This document shows, piece by piece, positions 37,762-46,626 of a stretch of DNA of 64,000 nucleotides. The number at the start of each line of letters is the position of its first letter. Position 1 is the stretch's first letter. A program made the position numbers and the translations under genes. This stretch comes from a virus. Lineage: Duplodnaviria > Caudoviricetes. Where the stretch lies: positions 64,001 through 128,000 of the IMG/VR virus record IMGVR_UViG_3300013121_000026; one strand, written 5' to 3'. Below the pieces are notes generated by a model. The model saw nothing but the letters and a program-made list of their open reading frames with translations, had not been told where the DNA came from and did not search any database.

Positions 37762-38363
37762 AAATATCACAAGAAGCGTTTGATCTAATAGTTGCAGAAG
37801 AAGTTAGTTCCAAAGCAACATATATTAAAAAGTATCAGACTCCAGAATGGCCCGGAGCAAGTTCTGGTGTGACTATCGCTATTGGGTATGATCTAGGTCA
37901 GGCAAATAAAGCAAAAATTGAAGCTGACTGGAAGGGATTAGTGTCTGACGAAATGCTTGAAGTAATGAAATCTTGTGCGGGTGTAACAGGTGTTTCCGCT
38001 AAGAGCCTAACAGCAAAGGTCAAAAAGCAAATTACTATTCCTTGGGAAAAAGCAATTGAGGTGTTTGAAAACAAGGACATTCCGCAATGGGAAAATACAG
38101 TCATTAAAGCATTACCCAATACGGAATTATTATCACCAGATCAGTTTGGCGCTTTAGTCTCTTTAGCGTATAATAGAGGAGCTTCATTTAATAATGTTGG
38201 TGGTAGATATCAGGAAATGAGGCAAATTAAAGAAGCTATGAAAGCCAAAGAGTTTAACAAAATACCGGGATATTTTAGAGCAATGAAACGGCTATGGCCA
38301 AATTTAGTTGGTCTAAGAAATCGTCGGGAACACGAGGCTAAATTATTTGAGAAAGGACTATAA
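37758..38363 (+). CDS. Lysozyme (GH24-like), probable endolysin
   Basis: P.WPG..SGVT..IGYDLG, ALVSL.YNRG, GL..RR..EA.LF. Confidence 0.85.
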   Translation: MKISQEAFDLIVAEEVSSKATYIKKYQTPEWPGASSGVTIAIGYDLGQANKAKIEADWKGLVSDEMLEVMKSCAGVTGVSAKSLTAKVKKQITIPWEKAIEVFENKDIPQWENTVIKALPNTELLSPDQFGALVSLAYNRGASFNNVGGRYQEMRQIKEAMKAKEFNKIPGYFRAMKRLWPNLVGLRNRREHEAKLFEKGL

Positions 38364-38471
38364 ATGGAAATTGCATCAATTTTATCAGTTATTGGAATAG
38401 GGCTAGGCATTCTTGTTGTAGTAGGATTTGTTTTCTACCTATCAATGCTAGCTAAAGGTTTTAGACACTAA
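38364..38471 (+). CDS. 35 aa single-TM protein
   Basis: MEIASILSVIGIGLGILVVVGFVFLLSMLAKGFRH; SD AAGGA. Confidence 0.6.
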   Translation: MEIASILSVIGIGLGILVVVGFVFYLSMLAKGFRH

Positions 38472-38486
38472 AAAGGAGAAAATAAA

Positions 38487-38642
38487 ATGTGGGAGATGAT
38501 TTTAATTGCATTGGGAATCGTTGTTATTGCTGGATTTTGGTTTGCTTATCACAAGCCAGAATTATTCAAGAAGACGGTTGATCAAGGAACCGAAGCTGCT
38601 AAGAAAGCAGCGGAAGAACTTAAGAATAAAGTTTCAAAATAA
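38487..38642 (+). CDS. 51 aa protein with N-terminal TM helix
   Basis: MWEMILIALGIVVIAGFWFAY...; SD AAGGAG. Confidence 0.65.
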   Translation: MWEMILIALGIVVIAGFWFAYHKPELFKKTVDQGTEAAKKAAEELKNKVSK

Positions 38643-39001
38643 TGAAGAATTTTAAACAATTTTTAAATGAAGGTAGAGAGTGGCGTCCTTCAGAGACACT
38701 TAAATGGGATTCTAAACATCCAGTTGGGTCTAAAGAACATCTAGACGATTTAGCTAATAGATATGCCCATCATGAGACCAAAGAGCACGAATATTATTTA
38801 AATCGCGGAGACAAAAGATCGGACACTCTTAATAAAAAACACTTTGCTGCAATGAAGCATGTAAATCGTCTTTGGAAAAAACATTATGGTCATTTAAAAG
38901 ATGATTCTGGAGAACGAGCATCTAATATTGGTGATTATGATACAAGTGATTCGGATTTTAGTGATTACTGGTCAAAACAGTATCAAAAAAACAAAAAATA
39001 A
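38642..39001 (+). CDS. Putative internal head protein with capsid-targeting sequence
   Basis: MKNFKQFLNE; His/Lys-rich. Confidence 0.65.
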   Translation: MKNFKQFLNEGREWRPSETLKWDSKHPVGSKEHLDDLANRYAHHETKEHEYYLNRGDKRSDTLNKKHFAAMKHVNRLWKKHYGHLKDDSGERASNIGDYDTSDSDFSDYWSKQYQKNKK

Positions 39002-39020
39002 GAAACTAACATCAAACTTC

Positions 39021-39050
39021 ATGAGGGGCGCAAAATGCCCCTCATTTTTT
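39021..39050 (+). terminator. Intrinsic terminator
   Basis: atgaggggc / gcccctcat plus T run. Confidence 0.85.
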
Positions 39051-39055
39051 AATAC

Positions 39056-39084
39056 TTGACTTACCACTAAATAATTGATATAAT
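39056..39084 (+). promoter_or_regulatory. sigma70-type promoter
   Basis: TTGACT-N17-TATAAT. Confidence 0.8.
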
Positions 39085-39116
39085 TACCTAATTTACAACA
39101 TTAATTAAGGAATATA

Positions 39117-39881
39117 ATGACTTCGAAAGTGCTTCTCATTGATATCGAAACTGCTCCAGCGTTAGGTTATGTTTGGGGGAAATGGCAACAAGACGTAATT
39201 CAGTTTGAAAGACCATGGTTTATTTTGTGCTATGCTTATAAATGGCTGGATGAAAAAACAATTAAATCTGTAGCATTACCTGATTTTCCTGGCTACAAAA
39301 AGAACCGTCATGATGATAAAAAATTAGTTGAGAGTCTCCACAAATTATTAGAACAAGCTGACGTTGTTATAGCTCACAATGGTGATGCTTTTGATATTAA
39401 GAAAATTAATTCCAGACTGCTAGTTCATAAATTACCACCGCCTAAACCATTCGCTACTGTAGATACTTTAAAGATTCTGCGTAGGCGATTTGGGTTTTTG
39501 AGTAATCGCCTAAATGATATAGGTATTGATTTGGGTGTGGGAAAAAAGGCTCCAATTTCAGGATTTAATACGTGGAAGGGCGCAATGGACGGAGATTTAG
39601 TCTCATGGCGAACTATGCGAGATTATAATAAGCAGGATATTGTTTTGCTGGAAAGAGTATACAAGGAAATAAGACCTTGGGCATTGCCATCGCAGCACAT
39701 CAATCTTAATTTATTATCAGGACATGACAATTGTCCGGCATGCCAAAGCACAAAACTGCAAGCAAGAGGAACATATACAACTATCAGTGCCAAGCATCAA
39801 AGATTTCAGTGTACTGATTGTGGTAAGTGGTCATCTCAAAAAATTAGTAAAAACAAGACTACATCTGTTAAGGCTCTATGA
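39117..39881 (+). CDS. DEDD 3'-5' exonuclease with C-terminal Zn ribbon
   Basis: IDIET, AHNG..FD, YN.QD; CP.C...C.DCG. Confidence 0.85.
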   Translation: MTSKVLLIDIETAPALGYVWGKWQQDVIQFERPWFILCYAYKWLDEKTIKSVALPDFPGYKKNRHDDKKLVESLHKLLEQADVVIAHNGDAFDIKKINSRLLVHKLPPPKPFATVDTLKILRRRFGFLSNRLNDIGIDLGVGKKAPISGFNTWKGAMDGDLVSWRTMRDYNKQDIVLLERVYKEIRPWALPSQHINLNLLSGHDNCPACQSTKLQARGTYTTISAKHQRFQCTDCGKWSSQKISKNKTTSVKAL

Positions 39882-40015
39882 GAAAAAGACTAAAACTAAA
39901 AAAGAGATCCTGCGCATTGTGCAAACCATATAAAATGCACGGAGCTAATCGCTGGAAAGCGAAGGATCTCGATAAATTAGTTCGAGCAGAAAAAGAAATC
40001 AGGAATTTTAAGTAG
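39878..40015 (+). CDS. 45 aa basic protein with CxxCKP
   Basis: MRKRLKLKKRSCALCKPYK...; ATGA overlap. Confidence 0.55.
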   Translation: MRKRLKLKKRSCALCKPYKMHGANRWKAKDLDKLVRAEKEIRNFK

Positions 40016-40020
40016 GAATT

Positions 40021-40056
40021 CTCTATAAATAGTAAGAAGAAGTACTATTTATAGAG
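40021..40056. promoter_or_regulatory. 14 bp inverted repeat carrying late promoter boxes on both strands
   Basis: ctctataaatagta / tactatttatagag; + 40024-40031, - 40046-40053. Confidence 0.7.
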
Positions 40057-40063
40057 GTTTTTA

Positions 40064-40807
40064 GTGTCTGTACCAGCCAATCGCGAAGAATTTAAAGCAT
40101 ACTGCCTAAGAGAATTAGGTGATGGTGTTCTTAAAATTAATATTAGCGAAGAACAAGTTGATGATAGAGTAGACGAAGCACTAAAGTGGTTTCAAGATTA
40201 CCATTTTGAAGGTGCTGAAAAATGCTACTACAAATATCAGTTAACAGAAACTGATATTACCAACAAATACATCTCCCTACCATCCAATATCATTGGTGCT
40301 GTTAATATCTTTGACGGCTATGGGTTAACCTATGGCTATGGTGATATGTTTAATATTCAATATCAAATAGCACTAAATGATTTGTATACTTTAACAAGTG
40401 TCTCAATGGTACCTTATTTTATGACGCTTCAACATCTGCAATTTGTTGAGGAGTTGTTAGTTGGCAAGAAACCAATAAGATTTAATCGTCATCAGCAAAG
40501 ATTGTACATTGATGGATCCTGGGCAAGTTTTTCTTCGGGGCACTATGTTGTCGTTGAAGCATATCAAGTAGTGGATCCAGATACATTTACATCAGTCTGG
40601 GGAGATCGTTGGTTGCTAAGATATGCAACTGCTTTAATTAAAAAGAATTGGGGGAGCAATCTAAAGAAGTTTCAGAATATGCAGATGCCTGGTGGTATTT
40701 CGTTCAACGGTCAGCAAATCTACAATGAGGCAGTTGAAGAAATTAATGATATTGAGCATGAGATGATCCATGGATACGGGCTCCCTGTGGCCGATATGAT
40801 CGGTTGA
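40064..40807 (+). CDS. 13: Neck protein gp13
   Basis: YCLR.LG..V..IN....Q..DR.DEA, W...YATALIK..WG.NL.KF....PGG...NG. Confidence 0.93.
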   Translation: MSVPANREEFKAYCLRELGDGVLKINISEEQVDDRVDEALKWFQDYHFEGAEKCYYKYQLTETDITNKYISLPSNIIGAVNIFDGYGLTYGYGDMFNIQYQIALNDLYTLTSVSMVPYFMTLQHLQFVEELLVGKKPIRFNRHQQRLYIDGSWASFSSGHYVVVEAYQVVDPDTFTSVWGDRWLLRYATALIKKNWGSNLKKFQNMQMPGGISFNGQQIYNEAVEEINDIEHEMIHGYGLPVADMIG

Positions 40808-40817
40808 AATATACACT

Positions 40818-41561
40818 ATGACCGAAGGTTTAACATCAACATATTTTCCTAATTATGTAACAGATACCGAGCAGGGATTACTCGAGGATCTTATTGTTGA
40901 GAGTGTTGGTATCTACGGGATCAATTGTTACTACATTGCTAGAGACATGGGCAATTATGATAAGATTTATGGAACTGATGATAGCTCCTCATATTCTCAA
41001 AACTGGATGATTGCAATCTATCTCAAAAATGTAATGGGATATATTGGTGATCGTGAGTTCATGAGTAAATTTGCTGGATTGGAAATTAGAGATCAATTAA
41101 CATTTTCAGTTCCCCGCAGAACATTTAAGAGTCTAATTGGAGACGAGAGTGGGTTTAGTAGACCGCGAGAAGGAGATCTAATTTGGTTTCCGTTTCATAA
41201 GAAATGTTTTCAGATTAAATTTGTTAATAATTTTGAGATGTTTTATCAAATTGGCAGCCTTAATACGTGGGAAATCACTGCGGAATTATTTGAATACTCA
41301 GGCGAGACATTTGACACTGGAATTGATGAAATCGATGCATTACAAAAAGTGTCAAGCAATAACCTACTTGATTGGTCATTTATGGATGAAAATAGCAATC
41401 CATTACTTGATGAGAATGGGGATTATCTAATGGTAGACGCTTATGATATAGAGTCAATTGAGCCATTAGATGACACGATGGCGTTAAGCAACAATGCTCT
41501 AAACATACTCGATTTCAGTGATAATGATCCCTTTGTTAATTCTTTTTCCCATAAAATTTAG
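40818..41561 (+). CDS. 14: Neck protein gp14
   Basis: EQ.L.EDL..ES..IYG, RP.EGDLI.FP, ELFEYS.E...TG..EID. Confidence 0.93.
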   Translation: MTEGLTSTYFPNYVTDTEQGLLEDLIVESVGIYGINCYYIARDMGNYDKIYGTDDSSSYSQNWMIAIYLKNVMGYIGDREFMSKFAGLEIRDQLTFSVPRRTFKSLIGDESGFSRPREGDLIWFPFHKKCFQIKFVNNFEMFYQIGSLNTWEITAELFEYSGETFDTGIDEIDALQKVSSNNLLDWSFMDENSNPLLDENGDYLMVDAYDIESIEPLDDTMALSNNALNILDFSDNDPFVNSFSHKI

Positions 41562-41562
41562 A

Positions 41563-42402
41563 CTATTTGTTTGTTCTGGCTTTTAATATTTTTTGTCTAA
41601 TTTCCTCGTTTAACCACATTTTTAGAGAACTCTTTGAGATTTTGTTTTTTGTTTCGTTAGAAACTGGTAACCTTCCTTTAATAAATCCATCTGGGCATTC
41701 AAAACACCACTTTTCGTTTGTACCATTATTCCACCAGTGTTTTCCTTTACGATTTTTTGACGCTGATTTGCTCCATGCTTCGGAATGCAATTTTCCTTTT
41801 TTGGCTAAAGATAATTTTTGCTTGTGTTCTTCCGTTAATTTTTTTCCTTTATTTAATTCACTCATTTTTCTTTTTGTTTCTTCAGTGTGTTTAAAATTAT
41901 TTTTCATCCACTCACTGTGTTTTTGAGCACTTTCCTTAGAAAATTTTCTTCCTTTATTAGGGCCAACAAAACCAGGTTTTAAAGAACAATGATTATCTCT
42001 AATTTTTTGTTTGTGTTCTTCTGTTAATTTTTTCTTTTTCCCTGATTCACTCATTTTTCTCCTGGTTTCCTCGGAGGTATTATTAAATTGTTTTCCATTA
42101 TTTGCTCTATTTAACCATTTTTCGTTTTTTACTGCATCTAATTTTGTTAAAACTTTTTCTTCACATTTCATAGTCTGTTCTTTGGTTTTAAATATCATTC
42201 TAACTTCTATAACATCAGGTTCTCCGTGTTGTTTACGGAATTGATGAACAATCTTAGAAGACGTAAAATAAGTTATCCATAAATCAGAAGGATTAGCTAA
42301 GTTGTTAGAGTTTGTGTGAGCATATCTACAACCACAATACCAACGATCTAAATTAGACCATCCAATTAAATAAGTATAAGGTTGATAAATAGTATTTGAC
42401 AT
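41563..42402 (-). mobile_element. Free-standing GIY-YIG (Seg-like) homing endonuclease with NUMOD3-like repeats
   Basis: YTYLIGW...WY.G.R, Y.TSS, ETRRKMSE and EEHKQK repeats, WWNNG; ATG 42402 with SD. Confidence 0.8.
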
Positions 42403-42471
42403 TTGCTGTATCTCCTTTTTAAACACCAGATATAGAGTCTGTGGCATTTGTCGATGCGCGACAGACACTAT

Positions 42472-42485
42472 TATTTATATAAATA
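42472..42485. promoter_or_regulatory. Palindromic back-to-back late promoters
   Basis: tatttatataaata: - 42472-42479, + 42478-42485. Confidence 0.8.
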
Positions 42486-42556
42486 GTTATTTAAAGGAGA
42501 TTGATTTTGTTCAGTGATAATGACCCATTTGTCGACGCGATTAGAGGTAAAATTTA

Positions 42557-43354
42557 ATGTTTGGTGCTACTCACTTTGAACATAGCCTTATTAAAAAAAT
42601 GTTGATCGTCTTTGGCTATATGTTCAATGACATAACGATTACTCGTAAGGACAGTTCAAATAATCTTCTGGCTAATATTAAAGTTCCGATTCAATATGCT
42701 AAGAAAGAAAAGATGCTAGCTAGATTAGCATCGGATCCAGAACTAAATCGTAATTATGCAGCTATTCTTCCCAAAATGTCTTTTGAAATATTAAATATTG
42801 CACCAGACCGTTCACGTAAGTTGCAGACTGTAGTTAGGAAGGTTGTTAAGGATACTGACCTAAACAAACTGAAGTATCAATATAATCCAGTTCCTTACAA
42901 TATTACATTTGCTTTGTATGTATATGTTAAGAACCCAGAAGATGGCACTAAGATTATTGAACAGATTCTTCCATTCTTTACACCAGATTGGACTGCTTCT
43001 GTTGAGATGATTGAGGAGATGAACGAATACCGAGATATCCCATACATTCTAGATAGTGTTGTTCCGCTGGATTTGTATAGTGAGGATCTTACTCAACGTC
43101 AGGTGTTTATGTGGCAGCTTAATTTTACTTGCAAGACGTATCTATACGGCCCCGTAAAATTAAAACCTGTCATAAAATTTTCAGAGATTACTTGGGGAGT
43201 TGATCAATCAAATACTTCTTTCGAAATAGAGAGTGGTCAGGTAACATTAACAGCAAATGGAGAACCGACCTCAAACGTTACGCTGTCAATTGATGCAAAT
43301 AATATTGCTATTGATGACGATTGGGGATACGGAGAAACGATAACAAGAACATGA
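42557..43354 (+). CDS. 15: Tail sheath stabilizer gp15
   Basis: FG..FN.I, VP..YA.KEK, LP.MSFE, PVPYN..F.L, QILPFF.P. Confidence 0.93.
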   Translation: MFGATHFEHSLIKKMLIVFGYMFNDITITRKDSSNNLLANIKVPIQYAKKEKMLARLASDPELNRNYAAILPKMSFEILNIAPDRSRKLQTVVRKVVKDTDLNKLKYQYNPVPYNITFALYVYVKNPEDGTKIIEQILPFFTPDWTASVEMIEEMNEYRDIPYILDSVVPLDLYSEDLTQRQVFMWQLNFTCKTYLYGPVKLKPVIKFSEITWGVDQSNTSFEIESGQVTLTANGEPTSNVTLSIDANNIAIDDDWGYGETITRT

Positions 43355-43758
43355 AAACATTCAAACAATTCATAAACGAAGCTCATCACGATAGTTTTAT
43401 TTTAAGGCCGCAGAAACATCATATTGATGTATATAAGAATCCTACATCAAGAGAATTAAACGATTGTATAAGCTCAGAAAATACTATTCGAGGATTTATT
43501 CATAATGATGATTTTTACTCGTTTAACCCTGAGCACGTTGAACATCATAGTGTAAGAACAAACTCAGATATTCCAACAGGTAGTATTCCTGTACATATTA
43601 ATCACGACAAAAAAACCAGAACCGGTAAAGTGACCATTACTGATGAACCAGTTGGTATGCCAATGAAAAATTCCTATACGACAAAAAACAAAAATAAAAT
43701 ATTAAATCATCCGGAGCTCAAAAAGCATTATAAAAAACACACGGTAGATTTTGGATAA
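43351..43758 (+). CDS. Putative internal head protein with capsid-targeting sequence
   Basis: MKTFKQFINE at ATG 43351 (ATGA overlap with gene 15). Confidence 0.65.
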   Translation: MKTFKQFINEAHHDSFILRPQKHHIDVYKNPTSRELNDCISSENTIRGFIHNDDFYSFNPEHVEHHSVRTNSDIPTGSIPVHINHDKKTRTGKVTITDEPVGMPMKNSYTTKNKNKILNHPELKKHYKKHTVDFG

Positions 43759-43770
43759 AGAACATAAATT

Positions 43771-44154
43771 ATGAAAAATATAGCAGATGCATTAAACGTT
43801 GATTTGCCAGTAAAGGCAGAAATTAGTCGAGACCTAACAGTACCAGAGAATCGCGGGCAGGAACACGTTCAAAATGACTTCGAGACTGCTCGTGATAATA
43901 TTTTGGAAATAGCCAAAACTGGGCAGGAAGCAATGATTGAATTATTGCAGCTTGCTTCCGCATCACAGAGTGATAAACATTATTCTGCTTTGTCATCAAT
44001 GATGAAAACATTGCTGGATGCTAATGAGAAGTTATTAACGATTCAAAAACAAATAAGAGAGTTGGAAAGCAGCAAGACAGACCAGCCCAAACAAATTAAT
44101 AATAATTTGATCCTAACAACTGAGCAGCTAAGGGAAATGCTAACTAAAACCTAA
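43771..44154 (+). CDS. 16: Terminase small subunit gp16
   Basis: DFE.AR.N, NNNL..TT..L; precedes gene 17. Confidence 0.85.
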   Translation: MKNIADALNVDLPVKAEISRDLTVPENRGQEHVQNDFETARDNILEIAKTGQEAMIELLQLASASQSDKHYSALSSMMKTLLDANEKLLTIQKQIRELESSKTDQPKQINNNLILTTEQLREMLTKT

Positions 44155-45797
44155 TGGAAAATATTAATTACGTTAACTACAAAGGTTATCGCGGGACTAA
44201 ATTATTAAAAAAAGCCGGGGTCCAGCTAGAATGGACTAAGGACATGGTTGAGGAATATCAAAAATGTTCCAAGGACCCTATCTATTTTATTGAGAAGTAT
44301 ATTAAGATTGTTCACGTTGATAGAGGATTGATTCCTATGGAATTATATCCATATCAAAGGGACATCATTCATTCATTATATAATAATCGTTACACTATTG
44401 TTTGTACATCACGTCAGGCGGGAAAGACTACCAGCCTCGTTGCTTATTTTATTTGGTACATCTTATTTAATCCTTATAAAACCGGAGCAATTCTAGCTAA
44501 CAGACGTGAAACAGCTATTGAAATTCTCAGTAGAATTAAACTTGCCTATCAATTCATTCCTAAATGGCTTCAGCAAGGAATTGTTGACGGTGGATGGAAT
44601 GCAACAAGCATTGAACTAGAAAATGGTTCTAGATTGCTAGCAGATGCTACTGGATCAGATTCTATTCGTGGTTATTCTATCTCATTCCTGGCAATTGACG
44701 AAGCAGCTCACATTGAAGGTTGGGATGACTTCTCTAAATCAGTTATTCCGACAATTACTGCGGGTAAGACATCTCAAATTGTATTAATTTCTACGCCAAA
44801 TGGATTAAATCACTTTCATAAAACTTGGGAATTAGCCGAGCGAAAAGAAAATGATTACAATCCAATTATGGTTCCTTGGCAAGCAATTCCGGGACGAGAT
44901 GAAACATGGCGTAAACAAGCTCTAGCTGACTTGAACTTTGATATGGACAAGTTTGCTCAGGAATATGAGAATCAATTCCTTGGTAGCTCAGGTACTCTTA
45001 TTGCTGGGTGGAAGCTCAAAGAATTAATAGACAAGATGCCTATTTCTTCCAGTGAAGGTATTAAAAAATATCAAAATTCAGAAAAAGGCAGGGTCTATGT
45101 AATGACCGTGGATTGTTCTGAAGGTAAGGGAATGGATTACAATACCTTCTCAATTATTGATGTTACTCAAATGCCATATCAGCAAGTCTGCACGTATTAC
45201 AGTAATGTATCAAGTCCTGCTGAATTCGCTCAGATCATTTTTACTGCATCCAAAGCATATAATAATTGCTATATTCTCGTTGAATACGAGTCACTGGGTC
45301 CTCAGGTTGCTCAAATATTAATGGATCTTGGAGCGGAAAATCTTCTATATACAGAAAACGCCGGAAGAAAAGGGAAGAAAATTTCCCTTGTTCGTGGTGA
45401 TCCAGGATTGGGAATGTCCGTTGGAGCAAAAGCTACTGGATGCAGCATTCTCAAGTTATTAATTGAACAGAACCAGCTAATTATTAATGATAAGAACACA
45501 ATTGATGAACTGAAAACATTTTCTCGTAAAAATAAGACATTTTGTGCTGAAGAAGGAAAGCATGATGACAGCGTCATGACGCTGGTCATTTTTGCATGGC
45601 TTTCAGATCAGGACTTTTTCACAGATCTAACCGACATCAACACTATTAATAAATTGAGGGAAAAAACAGAACAGCAAATAGATGAAGAAATGCTTCCAAT
45701 TGGTTTTGTTGATCGTGGACCAGAGGAAGTTTTAGCAGAACCGGTTACTTATATCAATAATACGCCTGTTTATGAAATAAAAGACGAGATGTTTTAA
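44154..45797 (+). CDS. 17: Terminase large subunit gp17
   Basis: RQAGKT, IDEAAH, ISTPNG.NHF, HDD.VM. Confidence 0.96.
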   Translation: MENINYVNYKGYRGTKLLKKAGVQLEWTKDMVEEYQKCSKDPIYFIEKYIKIVHVDRGLIPMELYPYQRDIIHSLYNNRYTIVCTSRQAGKTTSLVAYFIWYILFNPYKTGAILANRRETAIEILSRIKLAYQFIPKWLQQGIVDGGWNATSIELENGSRLLADATGSDSIRGYSISFLAIDEAAHIEGWDDFSKSVIPTITAGKTSQIVLISTPNGLNHFHKTWELAERKENDYNPIMVPWQAIPGRDETWRKQALADLNFDMDKFAQEYENQFLGSSGTLIAGWKLKELIDKMPISSSEGIKKYQNSEKGRVYVMTVDCSEGKGMDYNTFSIIDVTQMPYQQVCTYYSNVSSPAEFAQIIFTASKAYNNCYILVEYESLGPQVAQILMDLGAENLLYTENAGRKGKKISLVRGDPGLGMSVGAKATGCSILKLLIEQNQLIINDKNTIDELKTFSRKNKTFCAEEGKHDDSVMTLVIFAWLSDQDFFTDLTDINTINKLREKTEQQIDEEMLPIGFVDRGPEEVLAEPVTYINNTPVYEIKDEMF

Positions 45798-45870
45798 TAA
45801 GTGTTAAAAAGCACTTAATTATAAATAAACAGAAGATGAATTTCTATTGTTGATATAAGGAGAAAACTAT

Positions 45871-46581
45871 ATGGCGTTCTATACGCCTTATACTTATTTA
45901 ATTGGATGGTCTTGGTTAGATAAATGGTACTACGGTTGCAGGCATGTTAACTCCAAACGTAAAATCGCTAATCCAGCTGACTTATGGGTAACTTATTTTA
46001 CATCATCTAAAACGGTTAAGCAGTTTCGTAAACATTATGGTGAGCCGGATATCATACAAATTAGAAAAACATTTAAAACTTCTGAAGAAACTTTACTTTG
46101 GGAAAGTAAAGTGCTTAAAAAATTAAATGTTATTAATCAAGATAAGTGGTTAAATAAATCAAATAATAAAGCTATAGATTTTGCGTCTGCTTCTCGTGGC
46201 GGAAAGATTGGAGGGCAAAATGGTAGTAAAGAAGGAAAGAGACTAAGCGGGCTTAATGCATATAAAAATAAAACAGGGATATTTAAGTTAACAAAAGAAG
46301 AAAGACATTTAATAGCAATAAAGCCTAAGAAAAATTATGATCATGCTAGAAGATCTGAAGTTGCTAAAAAAGGCGGTGGGGGAAAAACTGCTTATTTAAG
46401 AAAAGTTGGGATTCATGCATTGTCTAAAGAACAAAAATCAGAATTAGGAAAACGTTCAGGAAAATTAACTTTTGAAAATAAAACGGGTATTCATGGAGCC
46501 TCAAAAGAACAACGAAAAATTTGGGCAGCTATGGCAGTTGAAGCTAGAAGAAGAAAACAGTTAAAAATACAAAAAATATAA
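45871..46581 (+). mobile_element. Free-standing GIY-YIG (Seg-like) homing endonuclease
   Basis: YTYLIGWS.LD.WYYG.R...DLW.TYFTSS; K.GI(H/F) repeats; late promoter 45820-45827. Confidence 0.8.
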
Positions 46582-46626
46582 ATATTATAGAGTTGAAAAA
46601 ATTTAATTAAGTCCAAGGAGGAGAGT

